A DNA stretch of 64,000 nt from Trichormus sp. ATA11-4-KO1. GTDB lineage: Bacteria; Cyanobacteriota; Cyanobacteriia; Cyanobacteriales; Nostocaceae. Below the pieces are notes generated by a model. That model searched no databases and had not been told where the DNA came from. It saw only the letters and a program-made list of their open reading frames with translations. The translations under genes were made by a program, and so were the position numbers. The stretch covers positions 32,001-96,000 of the forward strand of contig JAHHIM010000013.1 in the NCBI GenBank assembly GCA_019358915.1, in the 5' to 3' direction. How positions within the stretch are numbered: position 1 is the stretch's first letter; each line of letters opens with the position of its first letter. Shown here in pieces: positions 56,547 to 64,000 of this stretch.

Positions 56547-57488
56547 ATGAAATTCGGAATTGATATAGGGCATAACTCTCCTCCAGATACAGGCGCAAGA
56601 GGGATAAAAATTGAGGATGTTTTAACCTTAGATGTAGGCAACAGAGTTATGTCTAAGTTAAGAGCTTTGGGGCATGAAGTAATACCATGTAAACCAGATA
56701 GGTCTAGTTCAGTCACGAATTCACTGTTTCAAAGAATCAATACGGCAAATACTAACAGGGTTGAGGTTTTTGTCTCAATACACTTTAATGCTTTTAATGG
56801 TCAAGCTAATGGTACGGAAGTATTTGCAGCTAGTGATACTGGCAGAAGAATTGCTCAACCAGTGTTAAATGAAATTGTCAGATTAGGATTTTTTAATCGT
56901 GGGGTTAAGAGTGGTTCCCACTTATACGTCCTGAGAAATACTAATATGCCTGCGATACTTGTAGAATGCTGCTTCATCGATTCACCAAGAGATATGAATA
57001 TTTTTGAATCGGAAGCAACGGCTAATGCGATCGTCAAAGGCTTGACAGGTACAGTTCCTAGCGCTCCTGTGAATCCCGTTCCCGATGAAGAACTAAATAC
57101 CGATACCACAGTCATCAGACTGCAAAAAGCCTTAAATCGACTAAAAATAACCGATAGAAATGGTCGTGCTTTGGTAGAAGATAACATCACAGGGCCATCA
57201 ACGAACTCTGCCACAGTAAACTTCCAAAATATTGCTGGGATTCAACCAACTGGAGTTGCAGACACAAATACATGGAATGCGATTAATCTGATTTTAGCCA
57301 AACGCATCATCAGACCCAACCATGCTGGAGGCCCAGTTGTGAGATACATACAATACCGTGTCGGGGTTGATGTTGATGGCGTTTATGGTCCCCAGACAGG
57401 GGAGGCAATTAAGAGATACCAAAGGCAAAATGGTTTACTTGCTGATGGAATTGTCGGAGGAATGACCTGGCAAAAATTAATTGGTTAG
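56547..57488 (+). CDS. N-acetylmuramoyl-L-alanine amidase (Amidase_3) with peptidoglycan-binding domains
   Basis: IDIGH, E, SIHFNA, PAILVECCF; DGVYGPQT and DGIVG..TW repeats; no signal peptide evident. Confidence 0.92.
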   Translation: MKFGIDIGHNSPPDTGARGIKIEDVLTLDVGNRVMSKLRALGHEVIPCKPDRSSSVTNSLFQRINTANTNRVEVFVSIHFNAFNGQANGTEVFAASDTGRRIAQPVLNEIVRLGFFNRGVKSGSHLYVLRNTNMPAILVECCFIDSPRDMNIFESEATANAIVKGLTGTVPSAPVNPVPDEELNTDTTVIRLQKALNRLKITDRNGRALVEDNITGPSTNSATVNFQNIAGIQPTGVADTNTWNAINLILAKRIIRPNHAGGPVVRYIQYRVGVDVDGVYGPQTGEAIKRYQRQNGLLADGIVGGMTWQKLIG

Positions 57489-57493
57489 CTTGA

Positions 57494-58078
57494 CTAGCCA
57501 CGATTTCGTTCTAGCAGCAGCATCATCATTAAACTTAATAAAACCTGCTGCTCTTCGCGATCGCTGAGTTGATCGACGGCTTTGATGGTAAACTTCCTAG
57601 AGAGAAAAGTCGGAATTTTCTCCAGACGCATCACAACCGTACCATCAGCTCGGCTGACTAAGTAAGTGGGATTAAACACATAACCAGTAAATATGCCCAA
57701 AACTGGGATTTCTGCAAATAAGGCATCTGCAATCTTCACCCACGGATTTTTCTCCTGGATGTTTAAGGTGGTTGTGTCGCCATCAAAGATATCATAGCGG
57801 GCACGCCACAGAGATTTTAAACCTCGCCGTTTTACCGAACCAATATAAGCGCCGTTGCTGTCAGTGAAATCATAGCGAGCCGAAAAGTCAATAATGCGAT
57901 CAGCTTTGATGTAGTACAGAGGATGGGTGCGTTCAACATCAGCAAAGATTGTAATTGCTTCCTTGAGTTTAAAAAGTTTCTGTTTTACGTAGAAAGTCAA
58001 ATTACCTTGAACATCAACAACAGATATTTGCGGAGCTAATGCCCAGAGTTTGAAGGTGAGTTCGAGAGGATACTGCAT
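57494..58078 (-). CDS. LURP-one / scramblase-like (Tubby C-terminal fold) protein
   Basis: YVKQKLFKLKEAITIF.D, IKADRIIDF, G.VKRRG.KSLW. Confidence 0.6.
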   Translation of the reverse strand: MQYPLELTFKLWALAPQISVVDVQGNLTFYVKQKLFKLKEAITIFADVERTHPLYYIKADRIIDFSARYDFTDSNGAYIGSVKRRGLKSLWRARYDIFDGDTTTLNIQEKNPWVKIADALFAEIPVLGIFTGYVFNPTYLVSRADGTVVMRLEKIPTFLSRKFTIKAVDQLSDREEQQVLLSLMMMLLLERNRG

Positions 58079-58194
58079 AGCACGATGAATATATATAATT
58101 TCTCACCTTATTAATCCCAGTTGTAAAAACTAAATAACGTCAGCCTAGAAATTTAACGTGAGTCTCCAACGGAGGCGAAGTTGCGGGAAGGAAG

Positions 58195-58248
58195 TGCATA
58201 AACCACAAAAGGTCAACCTATTGAGTAAGTGAAGGGGTTGAAACCCAA
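58195..58248 (+). promoter_or_regulatory. Shared promoter-like motif, copy 2
   Basis: TGCATAAA(58195)-N13-ACCTA(58216)-N7-AGTGAAGG(58228)GGTTGAAACCCAA. Confidence 0.7.
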
Positions 58249-58278
58249 GATACATACCAACACTGAAACTTTAGGAGC

Positions 58279-58938
58279 ATGACCATGAAATTCCGTCACT
58301 TAACTAGTTCTTTGCTAACAGCTACCGCACTTTTGACCTCCTCTCTCCCAGCTTTCGCAGGGCCGTTTGATGTTCAACCTGCTGGTATATTCAAACCTGC
58401 TACAGTTATCCCCGGAGCCGTTATTGGTAATGGAACCCCCAAAACTCCTGCTCACGCACCCAGCAACCCAGTAGGTAATAGTGAAATTCAAGGATTAGGT
58501 GACCATCAATCTTGGGTTGACCAACAAACTCTAGCAAAAGACCCCCGCGCCTTGTGTAGTGATATTGGTTTAGGCAACAACACTCGCAACAGTGCTAGCA
58601 AAGTTGCTCTAGCAACCTCTGTCAGCACTCGTTCTAGTTCTGCAAGTAATCACAAAAATGGTGGTGGCGGTGGTGTGAGCATCCTCGGTATTGGTGTCAG
58701 TGGTAGCGGTTCCAGCCAAGGTAGCAAAAACGAAAGTAATTCCCGCGACCAACGGATCAACCGCAACGAAGAAGAAAGCAGCAGCTCCTCCACAGTAGTC
58801 CAAGGCAAGAATTGCGATGCTTTTGTTAACTCTGCTGCTGCTAGAGACATGAACTACCAAGACAACCTCACTCGCCGCTATGAAATTAAAACTGGTCGTC
58901 GAGGACAACAGGTCAACCAACTGCTGGAAAATCCGTAA
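58279..58938 (+). CDS. Secreted Ser/Gly-rich hypothetical protein (start 58279 or 58285)
   Basis: Signal peptide ending PAFA; two Cys flank a Ser-rich segment centred on GGGGGVSILGIGVSGSGS. Confidence 0.75.
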   Translation: MTMKFRHLTSSLLTATALLTSSLPAFAGPFDVQPAGIFKPATVIPGAVIGNGTPKTPAHAPSNPVGNSEIQGLGDHQSWVDQQTLAKDPRALCSDIGLGNNTRNSASKVALATSVSTRSSSASNHKNGGGGGVSILGIGVSGSGSSQGSKNESNSRDQRINRNEEESSSSSTVVQGKNCDAFVNSAAARDMNYQDNLTRRYEIKTGRRGQQVNQLLENP

Positions 58939-59098
58939 TATATGGGGGTAAAGGGTACGCGGTCGGTTGTCTCCAATTACCAATTCTTAATTGCTATGTG
59001 GACTTTGAGTCTAAATTGGTTAATTTTTAATTTTTAATTGTGGAAACGCCGGGGGGTAAATACCCTGGCAATTGCTTTATTTATCCTCAGGAGAAACT

Positions 59099-59536
59099 AT
59101 GAAAAGCAGGCTAGGTAGAGGAATTATTATTCTTAGTACCACCTTGTTACTATCTGTAACATCTGTGGTAAATGCCCAAACACCATCTCGGAGAATTCGG
59201 GACTCTCAAATTCTACCGTATTTATTGGATAATCCTAATCAAAACTCATGGGTGAGAGTGCGTTGCGTTCCCAGTCATGGGCAGAAATTAGACTACAAGC
59301 GAGGTATTATCAGAGATAGACTCTTGCGCCCAAATGTTAGCGATCGCAATGGTACTGTCACCATAGAAATAGAAGGCAGTTGTCGGGATGTGAGAATTCG
59401 CGCGCAAGACGGCTCAGACTTTTTAGATTACCCCATCTACAATCCCTACATAGATGGCAATCATCACGATTTTGGCGATTCCTGGCTGACTCGTCCAGGC
59501 TCTGGGTGGTATTGGCTACTGCAACGTCAACGATGA
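59099..59536 (+). CDS. Secreted hypothetical protein
   Basis: RBS AGGAG; signal peptide ending VNA-Q; two Cys; aromatic C-terminus. Confidence 0.7.
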   Translation: MKSRLGRGIIILSTTLLLSVTSVVNAQTPSRRIRDSQILPYLLDNPNQNSWVRVRCVPSHGQKLDYKRGIIRDRLLRPNVSDRNGTVTIEIEGSCRDVRIRAQDGSDFLDYPIYNPYIDGNHHDFGDSWLTRPGSGWYWLLQRQR

Positions 59537-59571
59537 GGTTATGAAAAATTGGCACATGGGGACAATGAATC

Positions 59572-59610
59572 AATTCAAAATTCAAAATTCAAAATTCAAA
59601 ACTCAAAATA
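59572..59610. repeat. STRR heptamer array (TTCAAAA)n
   Basis: About 5 tandem copies. Confidence 0.8.
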
Positions 59611-59699
59611 AATTCTGAAATTTACCCTTTGGGTAAATTTTGAAATTCAACCTTGATTTTTCTGCTCAGGACTCAGGACTCAGCACTTTGACAACAGAC

Positions 59700-59753
59700 T
59701 GCATAAACTCAAAATAACTAACCTATTGATTGAGTGAAGGGGTTCAAGCCCAA
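59700..59753 (+). promoter_or_regulatory. Shared promoter-like motif, copy 3
   Basis: TGCATAAA(59700)-N13-ACCTA(59721)-N7-AGTGAAGG(59733)GGTTCAAGCCCAA. Confidence 0.7.
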
Positions 59754-59786
59754 AACAAACTACTGAAATCACAGGGAAAAACGATT

Positions 59787-60440
59787 ATGAAAATGCAAAT
59801 ATTATTGAGTCTTGCTTGTTCTATTTCTTGCTTGGGTTCTGTTACACTGCCAGCTAACGCTCAACCTGTTCCTACTGAGCCTACTGTGCAACCTCAGTCC
59901 CCAAGCTTCAGCGAAGAAATTACCGTCCCTCAAGATACAGCGATTATCGTTTCTTTTCCTGCACCTGTTACCATAGATGTTGGACAAAAAAAGGATTATC
60001 CCTTGACGGTTCCTTTAGCTAATGCTATCCAAGATGCTCAAGGCAATACCATAGCATCTGAAAATACTCCGGTAACTATTGTTCTCCAGCCCACAGATGG
60101 TGGCGCTAAAATTGTCGCCCAATCTTTAGTAATCAATGGTCGCATTGTCTCAATTAAAGCATCAAGTCAAACAATTCCCGGCACTACTATTACTCACAAA
60201 CGAGCTAACGACAAAGCTGTTGAAAATGGTTCAATTTGGGGCAGAATTGGTGGCAGTACCTTGGGCTTTTTAAACCAAGGTGATCCAGATCAATTTGACC
60301 GAGGCGCTATGTTGGGGAGTGCTGTAGGATTAATCTCAGGCTTACGTTCTGCTGAAAATACCCGTGTTGTGCAGATTCCCCAAAGCAGTGTGTATGTTTT
60401 GTCCCTTGAAGCACCTATCAGTTTGTCTGCTCGCCGCTAG
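59787..60440 (+). CDS. Secreted protein, possibly TrbI/VirB10-like fold with glycine-zipper hairpin
   Basis: Signal peptide ending ANA-Q; VPQDTAI.V...PLTVPL...I.D..G..I; G...G.IGG...GAMLGSAVG; closing strand YVLSLEAPISL. Confidence 0.6.
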   Translation: MKMQILLSLACSISCLGSVTLPANAQPVPTEPTVQPQSPSFSEEITVPQDTAIIVSFPAPVTIDVGQKKDYPLTVPLANAIQDAQGNTIASENTPVTIVLQPTDGGAKIVAQSLVINGRIVSIKASSQTIPGTTITHKRANDKAVENGSIWGRIGGSTLGFLNQGDPDQFDRGAMLGSAVGLISGLRSAENTRVVQIPQSSVYVLSLEAPISLSARR

Positions 60441-61419
60441 AATCATTCGATGGGTGTAGTATTGTTAAATAAAAGCTATGTTTGTTTTCAGCTTTTAAAT
60501 ACTTTTCTTGTAAAGGTTGCCACTGCTGCCATAACTGATCACGATTTGACGCTAATAAAGCAGCAAATGTCGGTAGATGAGCATCAATTTCTGACTTGAA
60601 CACATCTCCAAGCCACTCACCCATAACCACATTATCTTGCAGTTGTCCTAAAATATCTTGGATACCTTTCACTTCAGCAATACAAGCTGCATAAGACTCA
60701 CCATACAAGTCGGTAAATAACTCCATTTGGTAGCGTACACGTTTAGCCTGTTTCCGCAAACTATGAAGAACTTCACCTTCAGTTGCTAATTGTTGTTCTA
60801 TCTGTTCCGGTGTCCAGTTTGTGCAAATTTTGATCTCTGCATTCACAACTTGGGTTCCTACTAGCCACCCAGGATGTAGTAAGAAACTACTCACTTCAGG
60901 TAACAATAAATCTGGTAGTACTTGTTGAATTGGTAAAGATGCCAAAGGCTGATAGCTGGGTTTCTCTAACCAATCTGCCAACGTTTGTTTGAGAGATTTA
61001 TAAGCTTCATCCTTTAAAGTTGTTTGCGTTTTGGAGAATGCATCTTTACGTTGTTTAGCCAAAGCATTAAAAGCTGTTTGCAGAACTTCTTGTTCTTGGT
61101 GAGGTAAATGTGGTTGGTAAAGGGTTTCTAAAGTTTCTTTTAGTACATCTAAGTCTCTGAGGTTACCAAGCCGACGGGCAATTTTACCGATTTTTTTATC
61201 GCTGGCTGGCTTTGGTAAATTTAGTGCTAAATCAAACCTACTTATTGCCGTGCGTAGGCGACGCATCCCGACTCGCATTTGATGTAATGCTTCCGGATCT
61301 TCATCTTTCTTAACTGGTTTCTCCCATTTTAAGGTTTTCTTTAAGTGTTGTTGAATTGCCTGGTAAGCGTAATCTTTTAGACTTTTTACTGTGGGTTCTG
61401 TAAGCAATATCATATTCAC
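60418..61419 (-). CDS. CHAD domain protein
   Basis: EALHQMRVGMRRLR, LGNLRDLDV, HSLRKQAKRVRY, QDILGQLQD. Confidence 0.92.
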   Translation of the reverse strand: MNMILLTEPTVKSLKDYAYQAIQQHLKKTLKWEKPVKKDEDPEALHQMRVGMRRLRTAISRFDLALNLPKPASDKKIGKIARRLGNLRDLDVLKETLETLYQPHLPHQEQEVLQTAFNALAKQRKDAFSKTQTTLKDEAYKSLKQTLADWLEKPSYQPLASLPIQQVLPDLLLPEVSSFLLHPGWLVGTQVVNAEIKICTNWTPEQIEQQLATEGEVLHSLRKQAKRVRYQMELFTDLYGESYAACIAEVKGIQDILGQLQDNVVMGEWLGDVFKSEIDAHLPTFAALLASNRDQLWQQWQPLQEKYLKAENKHSFYLTILHPSNDSSGEQTN

Positions 61420-61747
61420 AAACTACTAAAATGTTGAGTATATATAATAGCATTAGTTAAAATTTACTCTACTCTGCTTAGATATATAACAATCCTCAAT
61501 CATAAGTCTTACGGACACATTTAGTGGTTAACAAAGCTATACCTGCAAGGGCTTGACATAAAATTTATCTTTTTTCTTAGTGCTTTTGGCGACTTGGTGA
61601 ACCAGCGCTGTAGTGAGGCGGAATTTCTTGGTGGTTTCCCCAAAAAGGAACTGCTGTAAAGCCCTGACGGGCATGGCTGCGCTGTGTGCCTTAGGTATAT
61701 AAGGGTTTCCTAACCTAGGCAACTGTGAACCCTGTTTATTTTGATAA

Positions 61748-61890
61748 ATTAAACCTCTTGCATAAATGCTGTGGTGTTGTTGAATACTACTAATTAGAAG
61801 TTCGCGCAAAGCCGCAAAGAAGACTGTCAAAAAAATGACTGTTACAAGTCATCTATGCAGATTATTAAAGATTCGTGCAAGAGGTCTATT
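61748..61890. mobile_element. Putative MITE, about 143 bp
   Basis: Terminal IR ATTAAACCTCTTGCA / TGCAAGAGGTCTATT (13/15 match); non-coding interior. Confidence 0.55.
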
Positions 61891-62141
61891 AAATAAGATT
61901 TTATAGGACTTATCATCAAAAGTATTTGTTGATGCTGAGAAATACCAGCTTATTTGTACTAGTAAACAACCTTCCCAAGCCAGGCGATCGCTTATTCTTT
62001 TTCTCAGAAAATAATTATTACTAAATGATCACTAAATTTTAATCTTTTGTTTACAGGCTGTTTACTTATTCTTATCAAACCAAAGATATATTTCAGGCGC
62101 TAAGTTTTACTTAATTTCTGTATTAACTACAGAAAAAATAA

Positions 62142-62987
62142 ATGAAAAAAATTCAGCGTCTCAGAGTGGTTTTGCTTTTTGCAGGTGTAGCATTATTCTT
62201 CATTCTGCTCAATTACCTGCAAAACCCACTAACTGCCCAAACCTCAAGTGTTCATTTAAGGATGGGGAATCCCAGTAATGCTGGTAGTAGTTTCAGTAAC
62301 CGTTTATTAAACAAATCACAATATGCAGTTTCTTATAACTGCTTCAGAGGTACACCAAATTGGGTGAGTTGGCAGTTAAATAGATCATGGTTAGGAAGCG
62401 CACCTCGCCAAGATGATTTTCGTGCAGATACCACAATACCTTCAGACTGCTACCGAGTCACTTCTTCTGATTATACTGGTAGTGGGTTTGACAGAGGACA
62501 TATGGCTCCTTCAGCAGATAGAACAAACACAATTGTTAATAACTCTGCAACTTTTTTAATGACAAATATAATTCCTCAAGCACCTGATAATAATCAAGGG
62601 GTATGGGCGAGTTTAGAAACTTATTCTAGAGATTTGGTAGTCAATCAAGGTAGAGAACTCTATATTATTTCGGGTTCTTATGGTTCTGGCGGCACAGGAT
62701 TAAATGGAACAAGAACTACAATTGCTGGTGGTAGAGTGACTGTTCCAGCCAGAACCTGGAAGGTTATTGTAGTCTTAAATGCTGTCAATTCTGGCGCTAG
62801 CAGCGTCAACACTAACACAAGAGTCATTACTGTAGACATACCTAATATCCAAGGTATCAGAAATGCGAGTTGGAGAAATTATCGAGTTAGTGTTGATACT
62901 CTGGAATCTAGAACTGGTTACAACTTTCTTTCCAACGTTCCTTCGTCTATTCAAAGTGTAATTGAGTCTAGAGTGGATAATTTGTAA
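62142..62987 (+). CDS. nucA: Secreted sugar-non-specific nuclease
   Basis: N-terminal signal/TM; PNWVSWQL, DRGHMAPSADR, TFLMTNI.PQ...NN.G.W. Confidence 0.9.
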   Translation: MKKIQRLRVVLLFAGVALFFILLNYLQNPLTAQTSSVHLRMGNPSNAGSSFSNRLLNKSQYAVSYNCFRGTPNWVSWQLNRSWLGSAPRQDDFRADTTIPSDCYRVTSSDYTGSGFDRGHMAPSADRTNTIVNNSATFLMTNIIPQAPDNNQGVWASLETYSRDLVVNQGRELYIISGSYGSGGTGLNGTRTTIAGGRVTVPARTWKVIVVLNAVNSGASSVNTNTRVITVDIPNIQGIRNASWRNYRVSVDTLESRTGYNFLSNVPSSIQSVIESRVDNL

Positions 62988-63112
62988 GCTCAACTTTATC
63001 CAAAATTCAGAACTCGGTTTTTTATCCGGCAAAAACCCTGGCTTTTTGGCAAATACTTTTTCTACGTCACAGATGATCTATGAAGTTTAAAAAGTAAAAC
63101 TACGGTAATTAT

Positions 63113-63163
63113 TGTGGGTTGGGCGTCCTCGCCCGCCCAAAACAGGTAAGATGCCTGTTACAC
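63113..63163. repeat. REP-like double hairpin between nucA and nuiA
   Basis: TGTGGGTTGGGCGTCCTCGCCCGCCC...ACAGGTAAGATGCCTGT. Confidence 0.45.
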
Positions 63164-63266
63164 ACGAAAACTTCAATACACGCCACTACACCTAATTTAT
63201 CTTTACATAGTTATAAATATTTTTACCTACCCAACTTATATTCGCCCAAAACTTAAAAAAATCATC

Positions 63267-63668
63267 TTAGGTTTCTATAAGTTTTGTGGAAACTCCGGCT
63301 AAATCTCCAGATGAAGTTTTACCAACAACATATACATCAATATCAATCGTACCTAAACGATAAACCTTAATATCCGTGAGGTTATCTTTGAGTATTTTGA
63401 CAAGGGATTGAAATTTTTGTACATTTTGTTTTTGTATGTCATCATGCCATTCTTTTTCTTCAGCACAGTTACGAAAAAGATAATCTAGTTCTACTGTTTC
63501 AATTGATGTGTCTTGAGGATGATTTGTTAACTCAAGGATTTTTTGATTTGTCAAATTTTCTCTGGCTTGGTTAGACCACAGAAAAACTTCAAAGGGATAA
63601 TCTGACTCACTCATCATTAGCAAATCATCGGAGGCTTGCCTGAGTTTTTTAGTAATTTCATTAGTCAT
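63267..63668 (-). CDS. nuiA: Nuclease A inhibitor
   Basis: LLMMSESDYPFEVF, VYRLG.I.IDVYVVG, GVSTKLIET C-terminus; convergent with nucA. Confidence 0.92.
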   Translation of the reverse strand: MTNEITKKLRQASDDLLMMSESDYPFEVFLWSNQARENLTNQKILELTNHPQDTSIETVELDYLFRNCAEEKEWHDDIQKQNVQKFQSLVKILKDNLTDIKVYRLGTIDIDVYVVGKTSSGDLAGVSTKLIET

Positions 63669-63718
63669 AAAGTTTTCAGTAAATAAACAAAATATATTTT
63701 TTAGTTTATTCCTAAGTA

Positions 63719-64000
63719 TTAAAGATTAGTGGAAATTGCTTGCACAGGACAGGTAGGAATACATTGTTCACAGACAATGCAGCGCGATCGCGTGAATGTT
63801 AATTTGGATGTTTCTGGATGGAGACTGAGGGCTTCTGTGGGACAAACCCCTGTACATAAACCACAGTGAACACATACATCTTCATCAATGGCAATTTCAC
63901 CTAGGTTATGGGAAACGTTAACATGGCGCGATCGCATCCATTCGATAGCTGCATCTAACTGGTCAATGTCCCCCGATAATTCTACCACCAGTTTGCCAAT
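63719..64000 (-). CDS. NIL-domain / 2x[4Fe-4S] ferredoxin protein (5' end outside window)
   Basis: CVHCGLCTGVCP and CIVCEQCIPTCP; frame open to the window edge. Confidence 0.88.
   Translation of the reverse strand: MGKLVVELSGDIDQLDAAIEWMRSRHVNVSHNLGEIAIDEDVCVHCGLCTGVCPTEALSLHPETSKLTFTRSRCIVCEQCIPTCPVQAISTNL

Noticed and set aside
56125..58170. TTTAACGTGA(A/G)T at about 56129 and 58152 as mobile-element ends flanking the amidase
   Set aside because: The match is short and in the same orientation, with no target duplication or transposase.
61759..61790. Other TGCATAAA occurrences (61759, about 26649, about 11800) as more regulon promoters
   Set aside because: They lack ACCTA at N13 and the AGTGRAGG block; two are inside coding regions.

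Overview
Chromosomal window from a heterocyst-forming cyanobacterium (Nostocales-like). This is inferred from the low GC, the frequent HIP1 octamer GCGATCGC, heptamer STRR arrays, SDR-type mini-repeats and the gene content. Most of it is conserved housekeeping: ilvC, dapL, nblB-cpcS, ctpA, petBD, thiC with a TPP riboswitch, murD, glyS, clpR-clpP, a cruE-like desaturase, nucA/nuiA, and several two-component and Ser/Thr signalling genes. Four things stand out. (1) One identically spaced motif, TGCATAAA-N13-ACCTA-N7-AGTGRAGG-N-GTTSAA, occurs three times. One copy overlaps the start codon of a sigma-70-like gene paired with a DUF1822 gene and points at a divergent secreted-protein gene. The other two lie about 21 kb away, in front of uncharacterised secreted proteins. 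This is a candidate undescribed sigma/DUF1822 regulon of exported proteins. (2) An integrase-less pair of integron-type gene cassettes (toxin-antitoxin, then GNAT) with a recognisable attC lies between thiC and an RluE-like gene. (3) A GC-rich, probably horizontally acquired ilvD takes its C-terminus from a nested repeat element. (4) A PstS-like/TM/triple-DUF4912 protein carries a near-identical 357-bp internal duplication. All family assignments come from motif recognition by eye; no database searches were run.
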